In this document: piece by piece, positions 25,901-40,688 of the stretch
How the letters are laid out: the number at the start of each line of letters is the position of its first letter
How positions within the stretch are numbered: the first letter of the stretch is position 1
Assembly: GCA_965153355.1 (NCBI GenBank)
Contig: OZ231126.1
Coordinates: forward strand, 47,368,001 to 47,432,000
Length of the DNA stretch: 64,000 nt
Direction of reading: 5' to 3'
Origin: Flaccisagitta enflata
Taxonomy: Eukaryota
Program-made: the position numbers and the translations under genes
The notes under the pieces: generated by a model
Databases searched by the model: none
What the model was told of the DNA's origin: nothing
The model's input: only the letters and a program-made list of their open reading frames with translations

Positions 25901-28023
25901 ATTTTATTCAGTTTGGGTATAGTGAGGGATATTTTTCCACTTGTCATACCATGGCACATCTTAAGAGTTAAAACAAATTTCTGGCCAAGGATATACCATT
26001 TCTCCCTAGTAGTAAGAAAGGATGTTGAATATTGAATGACTAACTTCAGGATGTGGAGATTGAAATGCAAAGATTGAGTACTGATGAAACTACTTATTTA
26101 AGGATTGTAACTTCAAATATGTAGAGATGAACTATGTACCCCCATGAGATACCTCATGCAATCTGAGTGTTTATGTAAAGCTTCAGGGAGTAAGTTTGAC
26201 GGGATTTTTGTGCCTGAGAGAGCTGTCATGAGATCTGAGAAGGCTGATTTAAAGTCTAAGAGAGCACCAAAGGAAACTGTGTTTTGGAGATTATGGAGGT
26301 AGGCCTACATATAGTTGCACTTGTGATGAAGACTCAGGATTCTAAGACTGTAAGTCATCTGTAGAGAGTTGCAATCAATATTTAAAAAAATTTCACCAAA
26401 ATATGATAAAGAGAAGTGAACATACAGTTAGACCCCACTCTAACAGATTTCAAAGAACCAACAAAAATTATCTGTTAAAAATGGGATTCTGGTAGAGCAC
26501 TTATAGGAAATATGAAGAAATAGATTAAACAAACTATCAATTTGCATCAGTTCTAAATGGAATTCCGCTTGTGGTGGGTCCGTTAGAGCGGAGTTCAACT
26601 GTATATGAATTACTTTTAGTTGTTTTTCCTTTTTTTATGAAATCATATTTTGGTAATCTATCATTTGTTAATATTATTTTTCACAGACATTTTCTGGGAA
26701 AGTCAAAAATTGACAGTAATAGCTATCAACTCATTTTTCATGAGGATTCCAAAAATGGTCCCAGAATTTTTATTATCTGCGTGTATATTTTTGACCTCTC
26801 GTGAGGTTAGATTGGGGTCACTTGTGACCTTTGACCCCAGTTTTGACCCACTTAAAATGAGAAATGAAAAAAAAAGAACAGTACTTTCTCATGCTACTTT
26901 TTTGAGAGGAATCCAAATCTGTAATCAGATTTTGATTTTGACAACTTTGAAATTTTAACCCCCTTGGGGGATCATACTTTGACCCCCTGACCTTTGACCC
27001 CCTGGAACTTGCACTTCCCGAACATTTTTTGATAAAACAAACATGTAGCTTTGAAGCTCATGGACAGTTCTTGAGAATGATACAACGTGGAAATGACATT
27101 TATCTCATAGTCAGTCGCCTAGTCGCAAAAGTGAAACGTAGGTGTTATTAATCAATACGGATTTAATTAAAGCTAAAATCAAGGCAGTTATTGGTCGCTA
27201 TGTCTGTCTGTTGGTTCCTCCGTTTGTCTGATGATTCGTCCACAAAGTCCACATTTCTGCTTTCTTCTCAATTGCGCGATCTTTTGACCGTGTAATCAGT
27301 GCGGATTAAGTAAGTTTACTTACCAAACATGGTTGACTTTTGAGAACCAACCAGATTATGATACCAATTGCGAGTAGCAGCAAAAACAGCAGCACCACAA
27401 GGATGACAGTGATAAGGCCATTTTTTCTTGGTTGTTCTAAAGGAATCAAGGCCGACAAGTAGTCGTTTGAGGGTGGACAGGAGCAATAATGCGGTAGGGC
27501 AGGAGCAGTAATGCGGGTGGGCAGGAGCAGTAATGCGGGTGGGCAGGGGCAGTATTGTGAGTGAGCAGGGGCTGAATTGATCAGAATTCACTCTTCTGCC
27601 CGATTTCACGTCATCCAAAATTTTGGATCCTCCTTCCTTCCTACACAAGCTCATATAGAGTCGCTTAGAATGCGACTAAAAAGGTGCATCTGACACCAAA
27701 CTGGTTTTTTTTTCCTATTATTCTCCAATTAGATTTCAATCAGTTAGTTGATCGTACTGTTGGTCGGTTGGTAGCATTTCCTTTTCTAGGATTGTTGGGG
27801 ATTGTTCGCGAGCATTTTTATTTGTGGACACGCAACTTTACACCTTGCTATGTCGGTCCGTGTTTTTGTCTCTTTTATACTTATCATTGTAGGGTATGTT
27901 TAGTAGTACTGTAGTACTGCCCCTGCCCAACCGTCCGCGGCTTTTGTCTTGGGCTTGTTTTGCATTACTGACCCTACCCAATTACCAAAATGGAAAAATC
28001 GTTCATTTACCAGCGGTTGTCAT
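19991..28023 (-). CDS. Neprilysin/M13 peptidase-like type II membrane protein, apparently C-terminally truncated (~258 aa); exons 28023-28011, 27436-27324, 23917-23755, 23501-23320, 20556-20294, 20230-20210, 20012-19991
   Basis: MTTAEQPRK + TM segment GLITVILVVLLFLLLLAIGIIIWLVL; MNQSADPCQDFYEFACGG motif; ERKFKTLLQQC and VLKNFGAFPL segments of Peptidase_M13_N; GT-AG junctions phase-consistent, 777 nt in total; first and last two exons less certain. Confidence 0.8.
20061..20212. mobile_element. Small foldback element made of inverted 11-bp repeats (ATACCCGAGCA / GGGTATTGCTC)
   Basis: About 4 units in one orientation followed by about 8 in the other; GAGGT...ACCTC ends. Confidence 0.7.
20741..20895. 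mobile_element. Short palindromic MITE
   Basis: GGTGCGTCTGCATT...AATGCAGACACACC ends; half copy at ~10012-10073. Confidence 0.6.
21885..22115. repeat. Degenerate ~10-bp array (TTTAGGTATT / TCAGGGTACT)
   Basis: Direct reading; follows a HINE 5' half starting ~21746. Confidence 0.75.
22345..22945. repeat. Dispersed repeat (transposon internal segment), second copy at ~52575-53150
   Basis: Collinear similarity from AAATTTTTGAA(G/A)GAAAAT to GAAACACAAATGT(G/T)GCCTT. Confidence 0.75.
24556..27095. mobile_element. Old TIR element (~120-bp inverted repeats) with nested family-B HINEs, a LINE-like fragment and a MITE, inside an M13-gene intron
   Basis: TTCCACGTTGTA...GGGGGTCAAAGGTCAGGGGTCAA (24556-24670) is the reverse complement of 26975-27095. 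Confidence 0.6.
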
Positions 28024-28566
28024 TTTGCATGGAGAGAGGTGATCTTGGAAAGGATCTTTATTCCGATTTGAAAAAAAAAGATTTTATCTTAAAAGTTTTA
28101 TAGAGAAAAAAAATTTCTAATCTTTTATTGTCTGCTTATTACATTTGTACATTTGTTTCGTTCGAAACTTTTTCTTTTGTTTTCTTTTTTGTCATGAATC
28201 AAACATCACTACAAGAACAGGAACTATAACATCATTATGAGCTTCCTTGCCCGCTAAAAAAAGGACTTGGAAGGGAGCGAAAAACTTGGAAAGATCCGAT
28301 CCTTCAAACTAATTCTTTTTGGTTGCGCGCAATCGACTCCACAACCCACTTTGTCCGTCTGTCTATCCATCCGTTGGTCAAACTTTACTTTTTCATTTTT
28401 TTGGCGTAAACGGGCGGTTTTTGCATTTCTGCTCCTACCCAAATATATGGTTAGCCTTTTTATAACTGCCCCTTCCCACCAGCACGCGACTTGGGGTAGC
28501 CATGTATCCGGCCTTGTTGAAAACCACCGTTTTTTGAATTTTTACTTTTTATCTTTTGCGTCTTAC

Positions 28567-29511
28567 AGTGCTTTTTTCTCAATCCACATGATTTCATCCT
28601 CGCCAATTGCATCCTCGCGACGTTGTAGACTAGCGGCACAGTCGGTAAATACTTGGATATATAGCGCATCTGTAGATAGTTCATCGTTGTCAACAAACTG
28701 TATTCGAGGATACTTGGCGAAAGTCATTAACTGGCATTCTTTACTGTCATCTTATTAGATACTAACCATTTGGAACGACAGCCAATTCTTCTGCTCATCA
28801 TCAACTTACTTTACAAACATTGATCAAAATGATATTTTTTTGCTCTGATCAAAGAAAGCTCTCTAATTTCTATTATCTCATCTACTGATGCCACAGCACT
28901 CTCAACATGTTTCAAACTATTTTACAAAACAATTTTCTTACTTTGCCTCGTAAAGATACTCAATGAATAGTAACCAGCCAAGGAATTGGGGTGTTAAATC
29001 CTAATGTTTGCCACAGCGTGGAGGCAAACAACAATGTCCTGGAATACCTGGTGATCGTTCAAAACTGTTCAAATAGATTTGGTATTATGCATCTTAGACA
29101 GAAACGGAAAGACTAAAATTGCTCATTGGAAAAAAATCAAAATGAGCCACTTTTTGGTCCATCAGTCCTTTGGTTGGTTGGTCCATACATCCGTCCATCT
29201 GTCTTTCTGTCACAAAGTTGTTCGATGTTGTCCGCTCCTGCCCACCTGTCCGCTACTAATGCTGCCATGTATACGGCCTTGATACACAAAAAACCGGAGC
29301 TCATGTGGTATTTGAATCTGTCTTCAAAACTATTAGAAGCAGAATGCCATCGTTTTCTTTTGTCTAATTCGGCATGATACGCCCTGTACATGGAGCATTT
29401 CATATTGCTTAAAAGCAGTAAATCGTGTCTGATAAGGATAACTTTCCCTTTCTCATGCTCTGAGACCGATGAATTTGTTTGTTAGGAGAGGAAACTCCAC
29501 TTGGGCCGGTG
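28567..29511 (-). pseudogene. Degenerate glycosyltransferase family 92 (DUF23)-like segment
   Basis: FQMVSI[**DDS]KECQLMTFAKYPRIQFVDNDEL resembles the GT92 QxxxxNDC...DxDE block with a 15-nt stop-bearing insertion (28743-28757); upstream AQVEFPLLTNKFIG and EKGKVILI in shifted frames; GTAAGA donor at 28566. Confidence 0.5.
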
Positions 29512-29876
29512 CTGTAACAGAAGAAAAACTCTTCAGCCAACTATGTTATTAACCGATCGACATACTAGCTGACAAAGCAGAGTTTAGCGATATTTTTTTG
29601 AATTTGACAATGTTTGAAGTTTTAATTAGTGATGGCTAGCCATCCCGCGCAGTTGTTTGCCTACTTGGCTTTGCTTCATTTCTGCTGCCCAACCGAGCCT
29701 TGTTGACTTGGATATCACTCTTCTTTTCAACCTATTTTTTTGCTCTGGTTAAATCCATTACTGGCATTCTGAAAAAAGGGCTGGTCCAGCGGGCAAAAAG
29801 TTGTGTTTGTTTCTCTCTCGGTCTTGCCTCATTTCTTCGTGTGTCCTTCTATCTTTCTGTCTGCCTCCCTCTCTCC

Positions 29877-29970
<94 letters not shown>

Positions 29971-30454
29971 CGAGGAAGTGACGTTGACGCCATGTTAATG
30001 AAAAAATATGTGTGACAGTGCAGATTGGCTCTAACGGAAGTCCGATTCTAACGCACAAAGGGGCCCAGTCCTTTGAAATCCGTTCGAGCGGGGTTCGACT
30101 GTACTTGATGAAGATAAAGCAAACACACTCACATATCAGATCTATTTTCAAATTCTGTAAAAATAAATCCTCAACACTTTTGAAATATCAGCATGATCGA
30201 GGTCATCCTCCCCGGAAGAAAAACACTGTAAATTTTAGATTTGAAGGGATTTCCAGTGAACAAAAGCACCTCCCCACGTTAATGTAAGTGTTTCACTGGA
30301 CTGTTCCTACTTTTCTTCGTCACAACAGGTTGAGACTTGTTTCATACCGATCTCTGCTTGTGAATAGCTATTGTGATCTTCATTTCTTCATACTCATATC
30401 TATTCTAAATTTTTGCAAGCTTAAGAAAATGACGCCACTAGTAAGTTACCACCC

Positions 30455-30565
<111 letters not shown>

Positions 30566-31090
30566 CGAAACAGATGGACACAGAATGTGGACGGACGGAC
30601 AAGTCAAGCAAAGATATACAGACAATAAAAAAGAAACAAATGCAGCTGTATGCCCTCTAAAAGTCTGTAATATAATAGGTACGTTTCACGGTCTCGCAGG
30701 CGGAGTACGAGTAAAATTGGTCATTTTTAGAACTACATAAATTCAACAAAACTATAGATAATTATCAAGCATATGTATTATTGTACATGAATTCACTTTT
30801 GGATTTTGTTAGCGGTTTCTGATTTTTATGTAAATCAGGTTATTTTGACAAGATGTCAAAATTTACCTTTATTTCAAAATTTAACCATTTAGAGAAGAAA
30901 GATCATCCAATGAAGGCGTATAATAGTGCAAAAAGGCAGGGCAAATGTTTTTACACTATATTGACCATTGGGTAGGAGAAGTAATAAAAAAAATTGAATG
31001 CAAACTCTCAGATAGTCCAAAATATCTATGTTTTTTGGACAGACTAAGCATCCGTCTGCGACAATATTGTAACCCTGCGTTTTTCTTTTT

Positions 31091-31182
<92 letters not shown>

Positions 31183-31186
31183 TCGT

Positions 31187-31217
<31 letters not shown>

Positions 31218-31516
31218 GTCTTTCTTTCTTTTTTTCATTCTTTTTTTCTTTCTTTCTTTCTTTTTAGTTGCGGACACCCAACTTAATTCAAATTGAATTT
31301 TTTTTTATTTTTAGTTGCGTGCACGCGACTCTACAACCCGCTCTGACCATCCGTCTGTTGGTCGGTCCATCGGTCGGTCGGTCACGCTTAGCTTTTTTGG
31401 CATTTATGGGCGGTTTTGGGGTTACTGCTCCTGCCCAACTGCTTGGTTGGTCAAATTCATCATTGCCCCTGTCCACCCGCACGCGACTAGGGTAGCCGTG
31501 TATATAGCCTTGTTTA

Positions 31517-32028
31517 TGATTTTGTGTAGGATCAATAAAGAAATGTATATGGGTTTGTTTGAGCATGCAAATACAAGAAAACATGTTTCTGAGCACAGCT
31601 GCTCATCTGTGAGGGCGTTTTTTTGTGCGTTTTAGCTCATTTAGCTCACCTAGCTCAGTCTTTTCTTTCTAATTTCAAATGCGATAAATGAATAAAAATT
31701 TTCATACATTTTTAAGTAGGCAAGTACAAGAAAGCATAACATTGAGCAGAGCTGCTCATCTGTGAGGGTGTTTTTAAGTATTCTAGCTCATTTAGCTCAT
31801 TTAGCCTGCTCTCTTTCTCTGAACTTTAATAGGATGAATAGATTAATGTTTTGATTTGAGCATGCAAGAAAGCATGGTAGTGAGTAGAGCTGGTTGTCTG
31901 GTTGAATTATAGTATTTCATCTAGCTCATTTGGCTTAGTCCTTTTTTTCTCTGATTTTCAGTGCAATCAATACATACAATTGCTCTTGATTTGATCTAAC
32001 AATAAAAAAGATTGCAGTGACTAAAGAC
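31517..32028. repeat. Dispersed ~510-bp repeat with three internal ~120-bp sub-repeats; second copy at 49768-50290
   Basis: Both copies start GATTTTGTGTAGGATCAATAAA and end GCAGTGACTAAAGACA. Confidence 0.8.
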
Positions 32029-32687
32029 ATTCATAATGCAATATGCATGCCTTACGGGGTGTGAACACAATTTGTATCACATCTTTAAAATTGCGTTCCT
32101 CAGCACTGAGTCATGGAGATTATCTGAAATTTGTCCTTTACAATCCCATAGCTCTTCTTCAAACGGGGGAATTTCCAAAAGACGTCAAAAATGCTATACT
32201 GAAAAAAATCCCCCGTTAAGTTTTGACCATACTGAAAGGTCCCAAATCAACATACATTTTGTATTTCTAATTCTCGTTTCACCCACAATCTGGACAAATG
32301 AAATTATCCTATTTTTCTGAAATATTCCTTCGTTCTTTACCTCATTTTCCACCTCATTCTTTGCCTTCATCATAAGAGCAACAATTGAGCAACAGACCAA
32401 AATGAGCCAAATTACACCTATTTTGGGTCACATCAACCTAGGATATGTTGCCCCAGGCATTGAAAAGTCTGCCCAGGGTCGTATGTGATGAAGACTGATG
32501 AAGACATGCCTGATGAATTCATCAGGCATTCAATCAGTGATGAGTGATCAGTGATGAGTGAGGCTTTCATATACATCATAATATCATGAGATTTCCATGG
32601 GCTGCTGGATCGCAAAACATGTACCGATTGTAATTTTTCAGCATTTAATGGCCATTTTACAGCAATTTTGGGCCCTTTTACAGCGTT

Positions 32688-33195
32688 TTTGAGCAGCAGC
32701 CCCGAAGGGGTCGATGACCTATGCTTTCACACATATGGGGAATTTTCTCCTCCTCCTCCTCCTTCTCCTCCTCCGTCCCCCCCTCAAATCCCAGTCTCGA
32801 GGCCCAAATTCCAGTCTCGAGGCCCAAATCCCAGTCTTGAGGCCCAAATCCCAGCCTCAAGGCCCAAATCCTAGCCTCAAGGCCTAAATCCTAGCCTGGA
32901 GGCCCAGATTTCAGCCGTGAAGCCCAAATCTCAGCCTCAAGGTCAAAATCTCAGCCAAGAGGCCCAGATCCCAGCCTTGAGGCTAGGATTTGGGCCTTGA
33001 GGCTGGGATTTGGGCCTCAAGACTGGGATTTGAATGGGATTTGGGCCTCGGGACTAGGATTGTGAGGAGAAGGAGGAGGAGGAAAATCCCCATGTGTGGC
33101 ATATCGACACCCCTAACCTCTGCTCCTCTCCCCTCAACACACCACAACCAACTTAGGGCAACAAGTACTGCTGACCATCTAACGCTTTTGCGACT
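32688..33195 (+). mobile_element. HINE-like family B element; central 21-bp array switches orientation near 32980
   Basis: GAGCAGCAGCCCCGAAGGGG 5' end, (GAGGCCCAAATCCCAGCCTC)-type units followed by their reverse complement. Confidence 0.65.
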
Positions 33196-35111
33196 ATCAT
33201 ATGTATGTGTTCTAGGCCATAATGCTGTATTTTGCCAAGTCTTCAAATCTTTACAGCAGCCTCTCAGAGAGAAACACCCTAAATTCTGTTATGTATGCTA
33301 CATTTAAGGCATTTTTCAGCATAAGATGATAATGAATTTCAAGAATCAAGGTGGAAAATTTGGTAGGCGAGTGTCTTTGGCCCTTTTTACTCCCTTTATG
33401 ACCCTTTAGAAGTAAATGCCGCGGAGGAAAAAAGAGAAAAATACCTTGAAAACAGTTGAAAATTATTATGTTTACAGCATTTCCACAGCATTTTACAGCA
33501 ATAAATCAAAAATCTTCAAGCCAATTTTTTTTTATTTTGCTACAAAATATTATATTAAGCATTCCCAAAGACAAATCCATCGGCTTTTCAGACCTAATGT
33601 TTCATTTTGGCCGTCCAAAGCCTCCAACGCTACGAGACTCCAAGAAAACCTGACGGAGCTATGAGAAATGTGTTCACACTTTAGGGCATGTAATAACAAA
33701 AATGCTCATATTTCCTGAACGCTTAGAGCGATGGTCTTGAAATTTTGAACTTGTGCACAGAATTTCATGCTCTTTCAGACCATACCTCATGGCGGGCCCC
33801 CTGGGATCATGTGACTGGTCAAATCACCGTGACACACAGCGTGACATGAGCGTGACAGGGTGTGAACACATTTCTCATAGCACATTCAAAATGTTATATC
33901 TCCGGTCTGAGAAATGAGGAAGTCATGAAATTTGGCATGAACACCCTCACATGACTCTTTTAAACGGGCAAAAAAGAAAAAGTTTTGAAATCCTAAGTAA
34001 TGAGCATTTTTTTTTGGTTTAGTCAATTTTTTTCAAAAAAGTTGTCAAAACGGGTGATTAAAAAAAACATCAAAAGTTGTAAATTTACAATATAAAAAAG
34101 TGACCTATCATCGTGAGATTTTAGATGCTTTTAACCACAACCAGGACAAATTGAAATGACCCTACCTCTCATAATATTTTCTGTTTTTTGTTATCTTTTA
34201 CCCCTATGAAAGTCAGTGTGACCTATGTGAGACATACCAAAATCACTAAAATTAGGCCTTTTTTGGGCCATAGAGCCTCGAAATATGTCGCTAATGGAGA
34301 CAAAAATTTGTTCCTTTGGTACTACCTGATACCCCTGAACAGTTAATGGCACTTTTCTCACAAAATTGTTTTGGTAAGAATACTCGATATACCAGCTAAT
34401 CAGGTTATCTCCCTGGCCCGGCGAATCCTGAATCCTACCAATATATAATTTTATATATTTACCAAGGCCGAAAAAAAACAGCAATACCAATAAGATTCGG
34501 ATGGGCTAGGTGGTGTGAACTGTGAAGCAAGGGCAAGAAGGCAAACAACGGTTAGCGGGCGGTAATCGCGTTATTGCTCCTGCCCAACGCATGGCACTTT
34601 TAAGGTCGCCCTAGTTATGATCGTGGTTTTGGTCGCGGACACGCGACTCTAGAACTTGCTGTGTCGGTCTGTCGGTCGGTCGTTCCCTCACATTTCTGTT
34701 TTCCGCTCCTGCCCACCCCGCCACCCGTCCACTACTGGGGGGAAGTGTATACGGCCTAGCTTCAAAAGGCCGTGTACAATTGATTAATTTTCTTTTTAAA
34801 GGCAGACTGACATTGTCAGTCAGACAGGCCATGCATCTTCTGACGCGAGGAGTTAGATACTTCATAAAGCACTTTCGGGTATGAGGTTAACTCCCACGAA
34901 AGTAGAACCCTCAATTTTACAGACCTGTACATCTTGCTTTCCTTCCGAGTAGCAGATATTTTTCCTGAAAATCGTCCGACTAGTCAAGCTATGCTTTCAA
35001 ATGCCTTTTCATATTTAACTATGAATGTTACACAACGTTACTACTCAACAATATCTGAAATAAGGACAAGAGCCTCTGGAGCTCTAACTGGTGTTTAATC
35101 CGGACCCATCA

Positions 35112-35219
<108 letters not shown>

Positions 35220-35593
35220 ATTTCATTTTCTTGTTTTTTTTTGCCTTTTTTTTCCTTTTTCCCTCCCTCCTTCCTTCCTTCCTTCCTTCCTTCCTTCCTT
35301 TCCATCTTTCTTTCCCTCCTGCTTCCCTGCCTTCCAAACCTTCCGAGTATCATTCAGCCCTTCCGAGTAGCGGCGCTACTCGCTACTACATGATGTACAG
35401 GTCTGCCCTCAAAATTCAAAGGTCTGTCTTTATTTGACTGAACTAGCTTTTGAACGGAGCAATAACTGCATGGGGGTGCAACTGATTTCACAGTTTCTTA
35501 GTTTCTTAGTTTGATGGGCGATGGCTGTTGTCATGTTGTCATCTTCTTTTTGTCTAGTTCAGACTCGAATTTGGTTAATGTTCCGCACGACTA

Positions 35594-36176
35594 ACAGGGT
35601 GAGCAAAATATTTCGTACTTGGTCTATAGCTTGAAATCCATATTTGTTATGGGAGTTTTGAGCTAAAATTTTAATCAGAGTATCTCAGATAGTCATACTA
35701 AAAGTAGAAACCAAGAACAGCTGATGTAATTACCGTACATAGCTGTGACATGCACTTAAGAAAAAATGGAAAATCGGATTTTGACATGATTTTATTTGCA
35801 CAGCAGTGTTTCTTCAAAAATGAAGGTTGTTGCATCTTTATCGGCCCCAGATGGATTGTGTGAGAATGAATTTATTATGGGGAATTAGTTAGGTCACTTA
35901 GGAGGGGTTTTGGTCAACAAAAGTGATATTTAAGTCCAATTTAGACAAGAGAATAATGTTTTTCACCAAAAGAAGAAATCTTTAGTAAATTTCTATTCAC
36001 ATCCCTGTTGGTCTAAAAATGTATTCTACTGTCAACCATTCATCATTTTTCCTTATCTAAAGTATGAAAAACAACCTAGTCTTTAATTTTGAACATTAAC
36101 TTGAAAGAATTTTTCCAAATCTAAATGTATTTTCTATAGATTTGATTGCTAGTACGAGATTTTTTGCACACCCTGT
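35594..36176. mobile_element. Tc1-like MITE
   Basis: TA|ACAGGGTGAGCAAAATATTTCGTACT ... AGTACGAGATTTTTTGCACACCCTGT|TA; related end at ~48373. Confidence 0.6.
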
Positions 36177-36469
36177 TATCCCCCACCCAAGATTTTGTAT
36201 CTAAACATTTCTATGTCTTTTCGTTGGTTTTTTTTTTTCTATTTTTTTTTTTGAAAGCTAAACCCTATTCAAATATATTCTAAAGAAATATCTACGAATC
36301 TGATTGGTACCGTGCGGCACATTAAATGGAGAACGCCACCAGATTGAGAAAACATTCAATCAAATTTCCCGGTCAAAATGACCAAGAATTTATGATGAAA
36401 TGAAAAAAAGCTTAGTTGCGTTTTAATCAAAACTTTCCCTTTTTCCTTGTCTTACTCCCGCACTTTTTC

Positions 36470-37984
<1,515 letters not shown>

Positions 37985-38929
37985 ACAAGAGAACAATGAC
38001 CTTGGGTGGTTGCAGGAAGTGTCGATGTAAATAACTAGATTAAACAAGGCCGGATACGTGACAGATACCCGACCCAATTTTTAGACGCTTGCTAAGCGAC
38101 TCTGTAGGAGGGTGTGTCCGTAGCCCGTAGGTTAAATGGTCTGTCCAACTATCTGTAATGCCTTTTTGGACATTGTGAAATCGGCCTAATCAACACTTGT
38201 TTTTAGTCGCGGACTAGCGACTCTATAAGAGGCTTTGTCCGTCCGTCCGTCCGTCGGTTGGTTGGTCGGTTGGTCCGTGGTGATCGAGTCGAAAAGTGGG
38301 AAAACACGCATTTCCGCCCCTGCCCACCCGTCCGCGACTGGTATTGGCCGTGTATCCGGCCTTGTTTTTTAGTCAAGTGTAGCAGCCCCTGCCCACCCCA
38401 TTGCAGCCCTTGCCCTTCTACGTTACCGCCCCTTTCCACCAGTCTTACTACCCCTGCCCACCAGCAATTGACTATTCACTGGCCATATATCCGGCCTTGT
38501 TCAATTTGATTAGAGAACGGGATGACAAACCAACGCGACGGATAGATTGACCAACGGACGGACAGACGGGCACAGTCTTTCTCAGAGTCGCGTCGGTGGT
38601 CCGCGACTTCGAAATACTTGCGTGATGCGAAAGTGTGGTGAGGAATGAGGCTAAAAGAATTGAGGATGCACATTCACGAACATGAGAAGGGAAGCGCGAA
38701 AACGAAGGACAGATATGAGATTCATACTTCACTTTGAAGGATCGAAGTTTTTTTTTTCTATTTTTTTTTTTTTTTGACGAGGCTTTCTGCTTGTTTTGAA
38801 CAAGACAAGCATTAGATCAATATTTATGAAAAGTGTAAATCAGAAAAGGTGGGATTTCAAGCGACTGCGGAGGTTTGCTGATCCGTCCATCCGTTGGTCG
38901 GTCAGCCGGTAGGTCTTGATTGCACTGAA

Positions 38930-39037
38930 AAAACTAAAAACTAAAAACTAAAAACTAAAAACTAAAAACTAAAAACTAAAAACTAAAAACTAAAAACTAA
39001 AAACTAAAAACTAAAAACTAAAAACTAAAAACTAAAA
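38930..39037. repeat. (AAAACTA)n heptamer array
   Basis: Direct reading. Confidence 0.95.
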
Positions 39038-39713
39038 CAAACCAATAGTCGCAAGGGATTTGGAAGTCATAGGGATAGCCAGGGCCGATAATCCATATAA
39101 GGAATCCATATAAGGACCCTGGAGATTAAGACGAGAACCCCAGGCTGGGTTTTGAGCCTTGATGTTTTTATTTTAGCCTCAAAGCTGGGATATGAGTCTC
39201 AAGTTTAGGGTGTAAGCCTGGAGAATGGGATGTGGGCCTTGAAGCTGGAATTTGAACATCGAGGCTGGGATTTGAGCTTTGAGGCTAGGATTCTAGCATG
39301 CACGCAAGGGTTTGAGCCTCTAGGCTGCAATTTCAGTCTTGAGATCAAGGCTTTAGCCTCCAGTTTAGGATTTGGGCCTTGTGGCTCGAGTTTGAACTTG
39401 GAGGCCCGGCACAGATTTGAGCCAACGCTGGTATTTGAGCCTTGAGGCTGGTATTTGAGCCTCAAAGGTGGAATTTGGGCCTCGAGAGTGGGATTTGAAC
39501 CTTGAGGCATGGTGAGTCTCATAGACTGGTATTTGAGTCCCGAGGCTGAGATTTGAGCCTGGACGGGGGGGGGGGGGGCAGAGAGGAAGGAGTATGAGAA
39601 ATTTCCCTATATGCTAGATAGCCTAATCTTCATAATGCATAGGTCACCGGCTCATTCGAGGCCGCTGCCCAAACACAAATAATCATAAAACAAGAATAAG
39701 AAGATTAAGTACT

Positions 39714-39749
<36 letters not shown>

Positions 39750-39752
<3 letters not shown>

Positions 39753-39916
39753 AAAATGAAGATGAAAATGAAAATGAAAATGAAAATGAAAATGAAAATG
39801 AAAATGAAAATGAAAATGAAAATGAAAATGAAAATAATATGAAAATGAAAATGAAAATGAAAATGAAAATGAAAATGAAAATGAAAATGAAAATGAAAAT
39901 GAAAATGAAAATGAAA
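39750..39916. repeat. (TGAAAA)n hexamer array, followed by (GTT)n at ~39984-40079
   Basis: Direct reading. Confidence 0.95.
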
Positions 39917-39982
39917 ACGATAATAACAACTTCATTTATCTAGACTCATTCTCTCTCCCCACCCTTTGCTCCTGGTTCTGGC

Positions 39983-40079
<97 letters not shown>

Positions 40080-40081
40080 AC

Positions 40082-40291
40082 CACTCCCAGAAGTGGAAGT
40101 TTCCCATACTTTCGTACAGAAAGGGGCGTTCTGCCTGCCAAAGATAACGGCTGTTATGCAGATCCACTATTTGAGGCGCCCCTGTCCGGATCCATTGTTA
40201 CTAGGGTGGTCCGGAATTGGGTCAAATCTTATGTATTGATATACTTGAGCCCTTCGCACAACTGTCCAGTAAAGGAAGGATTTCTCACAAT
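40082..40291 (-). pseudogene. Disrupted exon resembling the GT92/DUF23 central region: IVRNPSFTGQLCEGLKYINT*DLTQFRTTL[fs]EQWIRTGAPQIVDLHNSRYLWQAERPFLYESMGNFHFWEW
   Basis: CCAG acceptor and GTAACA donor; in-frame TAA at 40231-40229; removing one base at 40200 joins the frames; C...EQW...GA...Y..G.....W spacing recalls GT92. Confidence 0.4.
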
Positions 40292-40611
40292 CTGGTGTGT
40301 AAAATCAAACAAGAAACCTTGTTGGCAAAACCATAGGCTTGCTTTGGGGATTTTTTTAATGCCATAAGAAGCCTATAGTTTTGCCGCCATGGTTTAATCT
40401 TCAAATTCAGACCTCTACTTATACGGTACATTTATGCAAAAAACTAGAGTATATCATTTTTTGAAATTTGACCCTATTTCGTGACCACCCTAACTGTTAC
40501 CCTTCTTTCCACCCTTCCAACCCTCCCCTCTAGCTAGCTTTTTACTGGAATTCACCAGGCAACCCCTTCTAGAGCCCCATTGCATAATTGAAGATTGCAA
40601 CCTTTGTTGAA

Positions 40612-40688
40612 AAGACTCGCCCAATGCGGGACTCGAACTGGTGACCCAGAGGACCACGAGCGCACATGCTACCACTGAGCGACAACAT
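40612..40688 (-). other. Degenerate tRNA-like Pol III unit (tRNA pseudogene or SINE head)
   Basis: A-box-like TCGCTCAGTGG, B-box GTTCGAGTC and downstream TTTT; anticodon and T stems do not pair. Confidence 0.45.

Noticed and set aside
27316-27436. Second open frame through the TM exon (TTKKKWPYHCHPC...) that also fits acceptor 23907
   Set aside because: The hydrophobic frame fits M13 type II topology; a second open frame over 113 nt is expected by chance
40612-40688. Functional tRNA-Thr(CGT)
   Set aside because: A and B boxes are present but the anticodon, T and acceptor stems do not pair
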